A DNA stretch of 64,000 bases from Candidatus Latescibacterota bacterium (GCA_965204745.1 OZ242010.1:1-64000); one strand, 5' to 3'; positions 21,373-31,695 are shown, counted from the stretch's first letter. A program made the numbers and translations. Notes: generated by a model from the letters alone, not told the origin.

Positions 21373-21636
21373 TCAAACCCGTGCTTCGCCGTAGAGGTCG
21401 ATGCGTTCGCGGAGGGAGGGCTTGAGGAAAACATCGTCGAGGGGCAGTTGGGAGAAAGCGCGGGCGAGGATTTCGACTTGCGTGGGCACGTCGAGGCGGT
21501 AATCGAGAATGATGCGCTGTTCACCGCGCACGATGCACAACCCTCCCGTACCGCCCATGAGGTCTTCGCGGGAGATGGGAATGTCCAAGCGATAGGCGAG
21601 GGCTTCGAGTTCTTGAAGGAGTTGGGAATCGGTCAT
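21373..21636 (-). CDS. Small conserved hypothetical protein
   Basis: 87-aa ORF with natural composition (GGLCIVRGEQRIILD...DDVFLKPSLRE). Confidence 0.7.
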   Translation of the reverse strand: MTDSQLLQELEALAYRLDIPISREDLMGGTGGLCIVRGEQRIILDYRLDVPTQVEILARAFSQLPLDDVFLKPSLRERIDLYGEARV

Positions 21637-21690
21637 GGAATAAAATCGGGAGGTGGACTGAAGGCGGGTTGGATGTGGAAAAAAAAATTA

Positions 21691-22180
21691 GGCTGTATTG
21701 ACATTGCAACGAGATGGGGATAGGGCGGTTGATCTAAAAAATCAAGCCCTATGGCAGAATATTCTCTCGGTTTGAGAAACTGGAACAATCGCTCCTTCAG
21801 CTTTCTCGCTTTTGTTGCATCGTATTCACGGACATTCCGCAGTTCAAAGAAGGCATCACAACAAGTGCCCTCGCAAAACATCCTCCCATCAAGCCATCAC
21901 GCACAGCGCGCAAGGCCGTCTCGCAACCAATGTCCATTTTGCAACCCACTTTGCAGGCTGACGCATGTCGTGCTGTTACAAAAGCGATTTGCGCTGTGCA
22001 AGCCTCTCGGCGTTTGAGAGCGGCATTTTTTGCTTACTTTTTTTTGCTGTTAAAAAAAAGTAAGTCGCCGAAGGCATCAAAGGCAACAAACGAGGCTGTA
22101 GGACCAAACGCCTTAAATGAGCAAGCAACACATTTACTAATCTGTGCCTAACGTCAAAAAAATAAAATGTCAACACAACC
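21691..22180 (-). mobile_element. MITE-like non-autonomous element (family B), complete copy
   Basis: Imperfect TIRs ggctgtattgacatt / aatgtcaacacaacc, each flanked by TA (21689-90, 22181-82); interior matches 37964-38365, 40202-40466 and 62461-62830. Confidence 0.75.
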
Positions 22181-22219
22181 TACTGACAACTGACAACGCG
22201 AAAATTAAGCGTGGATGCG

Positions 22220-23794
22220 TCACATGCCCCAGATGTCGATCTCGACCCCGCTGTTAGACACCCGGCGGTCGTGAAACACTTTGTCGTCCCAAAGCCTGTC
22301 TGCACGCCGGTCAAAAATCACCAGATGACCCGCCTCTGCGTCGCAACGATCCATGTACGCGGCGGTCTGTTCCAACCCCGCGGCGATGGTCTGCTCCAAG
22401 GTCTTGTGCAGAATTTTGCACTCGATCACGAACTTGCGCGTCCGCTCGCCCTGTGGCCAGACGATGAGCAGATCGGTTCGCATGCGGCCCAAGCCATACT
22501 CGCGCTCGATGCGCCCGCCGCTGTTCATGATCCGTTGCAAAAACGCTTGAAGCAACAGTTGCGGCCCAGCCTCGCGATACGCGAATCGCTCGACCCAATG
22601 CTCGGAGTGTTCGCGGAAGAAGGTCTGGAACGCGGTCAGCAATTTGACCACATCCAAGCTGCCATCGGCATGGACATACCAAGCTGTTTCTTGCTCAAAT
22701 TCCCCTTGGACCACCCACGTCAGTTCGCGGGGCACGACTTCGGCGTAGATCGGATTGGCGATGTGATACGGCTGATCTTGACCCACGAGCCCGAGATCCT
22801 GTACATACTCCAAATCGCGATCCGTGAAGTGGCGTTCTTCATCACCGCCGCTCAAGATCGGTTCGATAATGCGTTGCACGCGATCTTCCTGCAACTTGTC
22901 AACCAACTGATCCAAGTGCGTCTCTCGGCGCAAGATGAGTTGCTCACGGGCATCGAGAATGGCCTCGGCGGTGATCGGGCGGTGGAGATCTTTCACGCCT
23001 TCGCTATCAAAGCAAGTCTCGTCTGCCAGCGCGTTGACCAGCCACGGTTGCCCTTGCGTCTGTGTCCAGATCGCCTCCTGCGCGTCTGCGGTGAACGCCT
23101 GGCCCGTTTCTGCGCTGTGCTGGCTGATCAGGGCGAGCACCTCGGACCGCGAAAAGTCGCCCAAACGCAGGGATCTCGCTTTGATGTTGAACGCGCTGCC
23201 ACCGGCGATAATGGCGTTCTCCGCGTGCGACCGGATGCGGTAGTCGCGCACATCGCGCACCCCACAAAGCACCACGCTTTGCGGAAAACTTCCCGGCCGA
23301 CGGACATAGCCCGCCCTGAGTTGACGCAACACCGATAGGAGCACATCGCCGAGCAGCGCGTCAATTTCGTCGATCAGCAACACCAAGGGCTTCGGAGTTG
23401 CCTCGGCCCAGCGCGTCAATGCCTCGCCTAAGGCCCCCGGCCCATACTTGGTCAAAATGTCGAGCCAAACCCCGTCGAGAAACTCGTCGCCCAAGGAACG
23501 CGACCAAGAGGCCAGTTGCCCCAAGATGACCTGTGTCGCCCGTTCGACATCTTCGCGCATGGCCTGGGCGGCTTCCACATTGACGTACACGCAACGGTAG
23601 ATGCCCTCGGCGTTGAGCAAATCGCGCAGTGCCAACAGCGCAGAGGTCTTGCCCGTCTGCCGAGGCGCGTGCATTACGAAGTAGCGTTTGTCGCGGATGA
23701 GGCGGCGCACTTCGGCGAGATTCAAGCGTTCCAAGGGCGGGATGCAGTAGTGGTCCGCGGCCACCACCGGCCCGGTGGTATTAAAAAAGCGCAT
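22220..23794 (-). CDS. AAA ATPase with C-terminal PD-(D/E)XK-like domain
   Basis: MRFFNTTGP start, APRQTGKTS Walker A, LLIDEID Walker B; C-terminal REYGLG..RTDL...VIECK and Q...Y. Confidence 0.85.
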   Translation of the reverse strand: MRFFNTTGPVVAADHYCIPPLERLNLAEVRRLIRDKRYFVMHAPRQTGKTSALLALRDLLNAEGIYRCVYVNVEAAQAMREDVERATQVILGQLASWSRSLGDEFLDGVWLDILTKYGPGALGEALTRWAEATPKPLVLLIDEIDALLGDVLLSVLRQLRAGYVRRPGSFPQSVVLCGVRDVRDYRIRSHAENAIIAGGSAFNIKARSLRLGDFSRSEVLALISQHSAETGQAFTADAQEAIWTQTQGQPWLVNALADETCFDSEGVKDLHRPITAEAILDAREQLILRRETHLDQLVDKLQEDRVQRIIEPILSGGDEERHFTDRDLEYVQDLGLVGQDQPYHIANPIYAEVVPRELTWVVQGEFEQETAWYVHADGSLDVVKLLTAFQTFFREHSEHWVERFAYREAGPQLLLQAFLQRIMNSGGRIEREYGLGRMRTDLLIVWPQGERTRKFVIECKILHKTLEQTIAAGLEQTAAYMDRCDAEAGHLVIFDRRADRLWDDKVFHDRRVSNSGVEIDIWGM

Positions 23795-23888
23795 GACGCA
23801 TATCCTTTTTTGGCGTTGGGTCGAGGCAATATAGCGCGAAACGAGAAAATACACAAATGGCTTGGGGATTTGCTTTCAGTCCCCTTCT

Positions 23889-25478
23889 TCATCTCAAAAC
23901 GCATTCCGCGAGGTATGCCCGCAAAGCGGATGCGGTTTTTGCGTCTCCGGGTAAGAGCGGCAGACCGCCGATGCCGTGGGGCAGGCTAGTGTAAAAAGCG
24001 TGCGTATGGTACGCGGGATCGGCCGGGGATGGAAACAGGACGATGGCGCTTTTGAGGATGCGCTGAAAATCCGTGCCCGTCACCTGACCGATGGCGTCTC
24101 GGTACGCGTGCATTTTGTCGATGTCTTCGCGCATGGGAATCCACACGCCATCGCGATCCTCGCGGCGGTATTTGGCGTCAAAAGCGTGGATGGCGCGTGG
24201 GTTGCCGGCCTCCGCAGTGTGAATCTCAATGACGATATCGGGCCTCAGATCGTGCGTGAGGGCGCGTCCGGACGCGGTGGAATAGGTCGGGTTGTACAGG
24301 CAGCGGATATGACGCGCGCCGCGCTGGAGGTGGATCGCAGAGGGTTCGCCCTGCGTTGGGGACACGCGCAGGCCGCGCTCGGTGAGGCGAAAGAGGTTGC
24401 GGTCAGAGGTCGGGGCAAATCCGAGGTCGCGCAGGGCTTGGACGAGGGCAAAGTAAATCCAGTATTCGTAGAGCACATGCGTATCCCGATAGGACAGGTC
24501 AAACGGGCCACCCACGCATGGGGCGAGGGCGCGGTTGAGGGCGCGGATCAGGGCGAATGCCGTTTGGTACCGCGCATCGAGATGCCCGGGCACGGGATCG
24601 CCGCGCCGCGCAGGGGATAGCGGGAGCGAGCGCAGAAAGCGATTGACATTCGTTTTCAGGCGATGCCCAAGGGCCGTATCCGCGATGGTTTGGGCGCGCC
24701 GAGACACGCGCTCGAGGTGGGCAACGAGATGGCGATTGCGCGGGGTGTCGATGTCCGGATGCCGATGGGTTTCGCGCACATGCGTATAGCCAATCCCATC
24801 GGGCAGGTACGGGCGGCGCGTCGTGTCGGATGTCCAAAATTGCGGCGAGCGGATCAGGTGGGAGATGGCCTGGGGATCGCTGCCCGTTGCGCGGTCGACC
24901 GGGCGGATGCGTTGCGCGGTTTTGAGATGGCGATCCGGGCGTTTGACTATCGCGTGCATGGTGCGGACGAGGTGGTTGAGAAGGTGAGCGACCACTTGGT
25001 GAAAGTCCAACGCGCCGCCTTGGGCGTCTGTCAGGTGGGTCGCTATCTGCGCGTGATTGGGCAATGAGTAAAGGAGTTCCCGGCTGACGCGCTGGAGATC
25101 GCCGCGCATGATGTGATAATCGGTTTCGTAGTCCAAGCGCGAGGGCCGCACTTCGAGTTCGGCATAGAGGATGTCCACATCGCCTGCGCGGATGCAAAAT
25201 CGGATGTGCCCGGGATGGTCCCCGGTTGCAAGCCGCCCCCAAAGCGCGTGCCCGTCGCGGAGAAAGCCCATCGCTTCGGCGGGTCGGTCATCGATAAAGA
25301 CCGAGAGGGTTTCCCCATTGCGCGGCCGGATGAGGCAGTTGCATTCGGTGGCTTCCGCGAGGTAGTCGCCATCAAAGCCCTGCACGGGCGAGAGCAAAAT
25401 GCGGGCGCAATCGTTTTGCGCGACCAAGCCCTCGGTCGTTTGCAGAAAAACCGCGCGGATGTGTTGACGTGCGTTCAT
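23889..25478 (-). CDS. DUF2357 / McrC-like PD-(D/E)XK nuclease
   Basis: LDYETDY, DTPRNR, LYEYW, RPDI...FDAKYR, DIDKMHAYRDAI. Confidence 0.85.
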   Translation of the reverse strand: MNARQHIRAVFLQTTEGLVAQNDCARILLSPVQGFDGDYLAEATECNCLIRPRNGETLSVFIDDRPAEAMGFLRDGHALWGRLATGDHPGHIRFCIRAGDVDILYAELEVRPSRLDYETDYHIMRGDLQRVSRELLYSLPNHAQIATHLTDAQGGALDFHQVVAHLLNHLVRTMHAIVKRPDRHLKTAQRIRPVDRATGSDPQAISHLIRSPQFWTSDTTRRPYLPDGIGYTHVRETHRHPDIDTPRNRHLVAHLERVSRRAQTIADTALGHRLKTNVNRFLRSLPLSPARRGDPVPGHLDARYQTAFALIRALNRALAPCVGGPFDLSYRDTHVLYEYWIYFALVQALRDLGFAPTSDRNLFRLTERGLRVSPTQGEPSAIHLQRGARHIRCLYNPTYSTASGRALTHDLRPDIVIEIHTAEAGNPRAIHAFDAKYRREDRDGVWIPMREDIDKMHAYRDAIGQVTGTDFQRILKSAIVLFPSPADPAYHTHAFYTSLPHGIGGLPLLPGDAKTASALRAYLAECVLR

Positions 25479-25531
25479 AGATCGCGTAGATTTTAAGGTA
25501 TGTCCTGTCACCATTACTCATGGAGGTCATT

Positions 25532-25774
25532 ATGGCTGTCGATGTCACGATAAAAAATATCCCGCCCAAACTCTACAAAAAACTGAAGGCACGCGCTGCC
25601 GCGCACCATCGCAGCGTGAATAGCGAGGTGATCAATTGCCTGGATGAAGTCTTGAACCCCCAGCGCGCGGAAAAGATGCTGGCCAGAATTGAGGAATTGA
25701 GAAATCGCGTTTCCGACGCGCCACCTTTGACAGATGAGTTTTTGCGAAAAGCAAAAGAAGAAGGTCGCCCATGA
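25532..25774 (+). CDS. Arc/ribbon-helix-helix antitoxin (FitA/VapB-like), orphan
   Basis: VTIKNIP...LKARAAAHHRSVNSEVI, C-terminal AKEEGRP; GGAGG RBS. Confidence 0.85.
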   Translation: MAVDVTIKNIPPKLYKKLKARAAAHHRSVNSEVINCLDEVLNPQRAEKMLARIEELRNRVSDAPPLTDEFLRKAKEEGRP

Positions 25775-25799
25775 TGTTTATAGAGAGGAAGGATGAATT

Positions 25800-26456
25800 G
25801 TGATTCGCGCCATTTTGTGGGATAACGATGGGGTGTTGGTGGATACGGAGGGGCTGTATTTTCAGGCGGGACGGGAAATTTTGGCGACGCAGGGCGTTGC
25901 GTTGACGCGAGAAGATTTTGCCGAACAGTCGCTCAAAAAGGGGCAAAGTGTCTTCGATTTCCTGCCCGATCAAAATGCCGAATTGATCGAGCGATTGCGC
26001 GTCAAACGCAATGCGCGATACAGCGCGTTGTTGGCGAAAGGCGTGCGGGTTTTGGATGGCGTGGTGGAAACGCTGAGCGCGTTAGATGGCCGCGTGCGAA
26101 TGGGCATCGTGACCGGGTCTCGCAGGGATCACTTCGAGATTATCCACGCGCAAACGCGGTTGCTCCCCTTTTTCGAGTTTGTGGTCACGCGGGAAGATTA
26201 CAACGAGGCAAAGCCCCATCCGGATGCGTATCTGATGGCGATGCGATTGCACGGGTTAAGCCCCGAGTCGTGCGTTGTCGTGGAGGATTCCGAACGCGGA
26301 TGCGTGGCTGCATCACAGGCCGGGTTGCGCGTGCTCGCCGTGCCAAATGCGTTGTCACAATCCGGCGAATTTTCGTCTGCATACAAGGTTCTGAACTCGG
26401 TGCGCGAGGTCGTGGATGAGGTGGAGAGATTGGGAAATGATGAGATCGGGGGTTAG
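25800..26456 (+). CDS. HAD family phosphatase
   Basis: WDNDGVLVDTE, KPHPDAY, VEDSERG. Confidence 0.9.
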   Translation: MIRAILWDNDGVLVDTEGLYFQAGREILATQGVALTREDFAEQSLKKGQSVFDFLPDQNAELIERLRVKRNARYSALLAKGVRVLDGVVETLSALDGRVRMGIVTGSRRDHFEIIHAQTRLLPFFEFVVTREDYNEAKPHPDAYLMAMRLHGLSPESCVVVEDSERGCVAASQAGLRVLAVPNALSQSGEFSSAYKVLNSVREVVDEVERLGNDEIGG

Positions 26457-26464
26457 GGCTTCAC

Positions 26465-26548
26465 TCGGGACGAGGCCAAGCACGGGGGCATCGCCCCTAC
26501 ACTGCTCGCCTTTGAATGGACTGTCGCCCGTTGTACCCCGCTCGTGGC
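26465..26548. repeat. GTAG-type REP-like element plus gttgtacccc module (family C)
   Basis: gcatcgcccctaca...ctttgaa..g.ct.tcgcc.gttgtacccc shared with 29376-29474. Confidence 0.65.
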
Positions 26549-26583
26549 TAAACGTTTATCTTACCGCCGTTGAGGATTTCATT

Positions 26584-27774
26584 ATGCTTACCGCCAATCG
26601 CATGTCCCTATTGGGCACGGAATCTGCATTTGAGGTGCTGGTCAAGGCGCGTGCGCTAGAGGCGCGGGGGTGCGATGTCGTGCATCTGGAAATCGGCGAG
26701 CCGGACTTTGACACGCCCGCGCACATTGTCGAGGCCGGGCAAAAAGCACTCGCGGATGGATTCACGCATTACGGCCCGCCCGTGGGCCTGCCCGAGTTGC
26801 GCGAGGCTATCGCCGAGGAGATTGCAAAAACCCGGCAGATAGACGCGCATCCGGATCAAGTGGTGGTCACGCCCGGCGCCAAGCCGATTATGTTTTACGC
26901 GATCCTCGCCTTGGCCGAAGCGGGCGACGAGGTGATGTATCCCAATCCGGGGTTTCCGATTTACGAGTCCGTGATTCGCTTTGCGGGCGCGCGACCCGTG
27001 CCCATACCGCTCATCGAAGCGCGTGGGTTTGGCGTGGATGTGGATCACCTGCGCGACTCGGTGACGGCACGCACGAAGTTGCTCATCCTAAACTCGCCAC
27101 AAAATCCCACCGGGGGCATTATTGCAGAACGCGATTTGCGCGCCATCGCCGAGGTGGCGGTCGAATATCAAATTCCCGTGTTGGCCGATGAAATTTATTC
27201 CCGAATGGTCTATGGCGATGCGTTTCACAGCATTGCGCGCTACGAGGGCATGGCGGATTTGACGATCCTGCTCGACGGGTTTTCCAAGACCTATGCCATG
27301 ACCGGCTGGCGCGTGGGCTATGGCGTGATGCCCCGCGAGCTCGTGCCGCATTTTGATCGGCTGATGGTCAACAGCAATTCGTGTACGGCTGCGTTCACGC
27401 AAATCGCGGCGATGGCCGCGCTGAAAGGCCCGCAAGACGCGGTTGACGCGATGATGGATGCGTTTCGCAAACGCCGCGCGCTGATTGTCGAGGGTCTCAA
27501 TGCGATAGACGGGATCACCTGCCCGATGCCCGAAGGTGCGTTTTACGCCTTTCCAAATATCGCGGGATTGGGCAAGCCATCCGCCGAAGTCGCGGATTTG
27601 ATTTTGAACGAGGGCCATGTGGCTTGCCTAGCCGGATCGGACTTTGGCGAATACGGCAAGGGCTATTTGCGGTTTTCCTACGCGAACTCGGTGGAAAATA
27701 TCGAAAAGGCGTTGGCGCGCATCCGAGTGTGTGCGGAAAAATTGTTGGACCTAAAATCGATCCAGGATCGGTAG
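26584..27774 (+). CDS. PLP-dependent aminotransferase class I/II
   Basis: GEPDFDTP, NSPQNPTG, ADEIY, GFSKTYAMTGWRVG. Confidence 0.95.
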   Translation: MLTANRMSLLGTESAFEVLVKARALEARGCDVVHLEIGEPDFDTPAHIVEAGQKALADGFTHYGPPVGLPELREAIAEEIAKTRQIDAHPDQVVVTPGAKPIMFYAILALAEAGDEVMYPNPGFPIYESVIRFAGARPVPIPLIEARGFGVDVDHLRDSVTARTKLLILNSPQNPTGGIIAERDLRAIAEVAVEYQIPVLADEIYSRMVYGDAFHSIARYEGMADLTILLDGFSKTYAMTGWRVGYGVMPRELVPHFDRLMVNSNSCTAAFTQIAAMAALKGPQDAVDAMMDAFRKRRALIVEGLNAIDGITCPMPEGAFYAFPNIAGLGKPSAEVADLILNEGHVACLAGSDFGEYGKGYLRFSYANSVENIEKALARIRVCAEKLLDLKSIQDR

Positions 27775-28317
27775 GATCGCATCCAATGACGCGACATGGG
27801 GATCGTGGTCAAGGTCAGGGGATCCATCGGCGAGGTGAATGCAGCGCACACGGGCTGCGGCACAAGCCATGAGGTCGTAGCGGCTGTCGCCGATGCCGAT
27901 GGCTTCGCTTGGGGAAATGCCGAGGGTTTGGAGGGTTAGACAGATGAGATGGGGATCCGGCTTGATCGGGCCATCGTCCCGGCAGAGGGCCACGTCAAAA
28001 GCGCGATTGAGCCGAGCGATTACACAGCGCATGGCCGCGCCGTGGTTGTTGGTCACCAAACCGAGTTTGAAATTGCGAGCGCGAAGCGCGTCTATGAGTG
28101 CCACCGCGCCCGTGCGAATCGCGGCGTATTGTGCGGCTTCCCACTCTTTCTCGAGCAAAATACCGCGGGCGCGTTTGCGTTGTTTCGCAGGCAAATTGTC
28201 TATATATTGAATGATGGTTTGCTCGGCCGGGCACTTGATTTTTGCACGCAAATCCAACCAGTTGATATAGGATTCGGTCAGCGTGCCGTCCATGTCGAAG
28301 ATGATGGCTTTTAGCAT
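27751..28317 (-). CDS. HAD family hydrolase
   Basis: FDMDGTL, VTNN, KPDP, IGDSRYD. Confidence 0.9.
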   Translation of the reverse strand: MLKAIIFDMDGTLTESYINWLDLRAKIKCPAEQTIIQYIDNLPAKQRKRARGILLEKEWEAAQYAAIRTGAVALIDALRARNFKLGLVTNNHGAAMRCVIARLNRAFDVALCRDDGPIKPDPHLICLTLQTLGISPSEAIGIGDSRYDLMACAAARVRCIHLADGSPDLDHDPHVASLDAILPILDRF

Positions 28318-28322
28318 GAGTG

Positions 28323-28382
28323 CAGTGGTCAGTGGTCAGTGGTCAGTGGTCAGTGGTCAGTGGTCAGTGGTCAGTGGTCAGT
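28323..28382. repeat. Heptamer tandem repeat (cagtggt) x8
   Basis: Eight perfect copies; 3 more copies at 43763-43787. Confidence 0.95.
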
Positions 28383-28410
28383 TCCCACCTCGCCCAACCC
28401 CCTTCAGTTC

Positions 28411-28782
28411 TCACGTCTCACTATTCCCCAGAAACACCGTTTGGCGGTCGCCCGATGAGAATGAGATGATGGCGTGCAACGGTTCATCGCCTGTGTTGAT
28501 CGCGTGGTGGATAATGCCAGCGGGAACTCGGATGCTGTCGCCGGGGTTGAGCACATAGCTGTCGTCGCCGTACGCGTGTTCGCAGGTTCCGGAAATGACG
28601 TAGAGAATTTCTTCGCAGTTGGGGTGGTAATGCGGTGGATTTTGCCGGCCCGGTTCAATGACAGCCAGGCCGAAGGTTTGTTCGGCATCCGGGTCAATCG
28701 CTTGGCCCATCAGCCAGTTGAGCGTGCCCCAGGGAAATTCCTCGGTTGCGGTTTCCGATAGCGTGGTAACGGGAGATGCCAT
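28411..28782 (-). CDS. Cupin domain protein
   Basis: HYHPNCEEILYVISG and PGDSIRVPAGIIH motifs; GAGGA upstream of ATG 28782. Confidence 0.9.
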   Translation of the reverse strand: MASPVTTLSETATEEFPWGTLNWLMGQAIDPDAEQTFGLAVIEPGRQNPPHYHPNCEEILYVISGTCEHAYGDDSYVLNPGDSIRVPAGIIHHAINTGDEPLHAIISFSSGDRQTVFLGNSET

Positions 28783-28902
28783 AGCGGTTCCTCGTCGCAA
28801 AGGGTGATCGTTTTGATCGGATGGCACAGGATATTGGCTTTTGCGTGCGATGTCAATAGCGCGTTGAACCGAATGCCAGCCGTCAAATGCTGTGTTTCGT
28901 AG

Positions 28903-29331
<429 letters not shown>

Positions 29332-29375
29332 CGAAAATCAGCGGTCAGCGATCAGCAAGAGGCAAGAATTTATCT

Positions 29376-29520
29376 TGGGGCGAGACGGAGGCATCGCCCC
29401 TACACATACCGCTCACCTTTGAACGGGCTATCGCCAGTTGTACCCCTTTTGTGTCTTTTGTGCCTTTTGTGGCTAAAATCCCATCTTACGTCTCACCTCT
29501 TGCCTCTCACCTCTCACCTT
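29376..29520. repeat. Composite intergenic repeat (family C REP + cttttgtgc 9-mers + heptamers)
   Basis: Matches 26465-26548, 62838-62897 and, inverted, 42394-42427. Confidence 0.75.
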
Positions 29521-29529
29521 TCCCCGCCC

Positions 29530-30477
29530 ATGAATTTCCACGACCAACCCATTATACCCGTGACGGCGCAGACGAATTTGAAACTGCATATCGGGCTGTT
29601 TTTGGCGACTGCGTACACGACGACAATGGCGGGCATGTTCATGTCCTCCATGCCCATGTCCAACGACTGGCTCGTTTTGATCGATCCGCGCCATCTGGTC
29701 AATGGCCTGCCGTTTTCCGTCACCCTGTTGCTCATCTTGGGCGTCCACGAGATGGGGCATTATCTGACCTCGCGCTCTTGGGGCGTGCGTGCATCATTGC
29801 CCTATTTTATTCCCTTCCCGTCGCTCATTGGCACTGTGGGCGCGGTGATAAAATTGCGGTCGCCCATTCCCAACCGGCGGGCGTTGATCGACATTGGCGC
29901 GTCTGGCCCCATTGCCGGGTTTGCGCTGTCCGTCCTCGCGCTGGGCGTCGGCCTGGGCATGTCGGAGGTGCGAACCGCGAGCGATCTATCGCCGGGGGCC
30001 GTCTTGTTGGGCGATTCCCTGTTGTCGGGCTGGCTGGAGGAACTCATTATCGGGGACTTGCCCGCTGGCTATGCTTTGGTGCTGCATCCGGTCGCATTTG
30101 CCGGCTGGTTGGGGTTGTTCGTGACCGTGTTGAATTTGTTGCCGATGGGACAATTTGACGGCGGCCATATCGTCTATGCGATTTTTGGATCGAGACACCG
30201 GTCGATTTCCCGGGCGACGATGGTGGGCTTGGCTTTGATGTGGGCCTTGGGGCCGCCGTATGACTGGTGGCATTCACAGGCCATGGTTGAAGCGTGGTAC
30301 GATACCCGCTGGGTCGGTTGGCTGATTTGGTTGGGGCTGGCCGCGCTGTTGGGACGGCACCATCCCCGGGTCGAAAATCCCGATGTGGAACTGGATTTTC
30401 CGAGGCAGTTGGTCGGGTACGCGTCTCTGGCGATATTTGTCCTGTGTTTTATTCCGACTCCGATTCAAATTTATTGA
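29530..30477 (+). CDS. Site-2 protease (M50 family)
   Basis: HEMGH, IGASGPIAG, NLLPMGQFDGGH; multiple TM segments. Confidence 0.93.
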   Translation: MNFHDQPIIPVTAQTNLKLHIGLFLATAYTTTMAGMFMSSMPMSNDWLVLIDPRHLVNGLPFSVTLLLILGVHEMGHYLTSRSWGVRASLPYFIPFPSLIGTVGAVIKLRSPIPNRRALIDIGASGPIAGFALSVLALGVGLGMSEVRTASDLSPGAVLLGDSLLSGWLEELIIGDLPAGYALVLHPVAFAGWLGLFVTVLNLLPMGQFDGGHIVYAIFGSRHRSISRATMVGLALMWALGPPYDWWHSQAMVEAWYDTRWVGWLIWLGLAALLGRHHPRVENPDVELDFPRQLVGYASLAIFVLCFIPTPIQIY

Positions 30478-30485
30478 GGCGTCAG

Positions 30486-31655
30486 ATGGCAACCAAAAAA
30501 CCGCGCAAAATGGCACGTGAGCAACGACCTGCTGTCTGGTGGATCGCGCTCGGCATCGCGTTGGTCGCCGGCGGCATAGCCGCTTATTTTTCGCAACCGC
30601 AACCTCGGGTGTACACCCTTCCCGTTATTGAAGAAACGCCCCAGTGGAAAGCGGGCCCCGAGGATATTGACGCATTTGCCGATACCCTGACCGCACGGGC
30701 AAAAGCCGCGTTGATCGGCTTGGGCGTTCCCGGCGAGGCCATTCAAGCGGCGCGGTTGCCCGAAGCAGAGCGCGATTCCCTGCGCTGGCAGATCCGGGCG
30801 GACGTGCCAGATGTGTTGCCCTTGTCCGTGTGCAACCTGTCATTGACCCGCTTGGCCGATCAACTCGGCGGGGCCGTGCTCGACGGAAGTGAAGACCGCA
30901 CGGGCCAGGCGTTGTCCCTTCTCGTGGGCATCAATGGCGAGCAGACCACGCTGATCGCGCTGGAGAAAAGTGTAAAACTCGACCGAACCGCCGGGCGCAT
31001 CGCCATTGTGATCGACGATTTTGGCTACCAAGATCAGGCGTTGATTCGGGCTTTCTGCGACCTGCCGCAGCCGATCACGTTTTCGATTTTTCCCGGAGAG
31101 CGGCACACGGCTTGGACCGCACGACGGGCGACAGAGAAAAACCACGGGGTCATGGTGCATTTGCCGATGGAGCCGGTCGGCTATCCGGAACACAATCCTG
31201 GCCCGGATGCGATCTTCGTCGATGACGCGCCAGAGAAAATCGCGGCGTTGACCCAAAATGCCCTCGCGGCCGTGCCCCATGCGCGGGGGATGAACAACCA
31301 CATGGGGTCGCGCGTCACGCAAAATGCCGCCGCCATGAAAGTCGTGTTGCAAATCGTCAAACAGCGGGATTTCTTTTTTGTCGATAGCAGGACATCCCCC
31401 CGATCCGTGGCCTATGCCATCGCGCGAGAAATGGGCATCCGCAGCGGTCGCGGGGCCCTGTTTTTGGACCTCGCGGCCGACGAGGGCGCAATCGCCAAAC
31501 AGCTCTACGCGCTCGCGGCACGCGCACGGCAAGAGGGCGCGGCTATCGGTATTGGGCATGCAAAACGCGAAACCCTAAGAGCACTCCAGCGCGTATTGCC
31601 CGCGTTGGAGGAACAGGGTTTCGCGTTTGTCCTGGCGGAAGAGCTCGTAAAATAA
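30486..31655 (+). CDS. Divergent polysaccharide deacetylase family protein
   Basis: IAIVIDDFG, HLPMEP, NNHMGS, FVDSRT, IGIGH; N-terminal TM anchor. Confidence 0.92.
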   Translation: MATKKPRKMAREQRPAVWWIALGIALVAGGIAAYFSQPQPRVYTLPVIEETPQWKAGPEDIDAFADTLTARAKAALIGLGVPGEAIQAARLPEAERDSLRWQIRADVPDVLPLSVCNLSLTRLADQLGGAVLDGSEDRTGQALSLLVGINGEQTTLIALEKSVKLDRTAGRIAIVIDDFGYQDQALIRAFCDLPQPITFSIFPGERHTAWTARRATEKNHGVMVHLPMEPVGYPEHNPGPDAIFVDDAPEKIAALTQNALAAVPHARGMNNHMGSRVTQNAAAMKVVLQIVKQRDFFFVDSRTSPRSVAYAIAREMGIRSGRGALFLDLAADEGAIAKQLYALAARARQEGAAIGIGHAKRETLRALQRVLPALEEQGFAFVLAEELVK

Positions 31656-31695
31656 GGCTGTCCGTAACCAAAATGATCTTTCGCGCAAAACTGTT

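Noticed and set aside
21633-22176. Short ORFs within MITE/REP copies (also 37970-38536, 40169-40529, 43753-44574)
   Set aside because: Translations of repeats with inconsistent frames between copies
28822-28838. Sigma54 promoter upstream of glnB (tggcacaggatattggc)
   Set aside because: GG-to-GC spacing does not match the -24/-12 consensus
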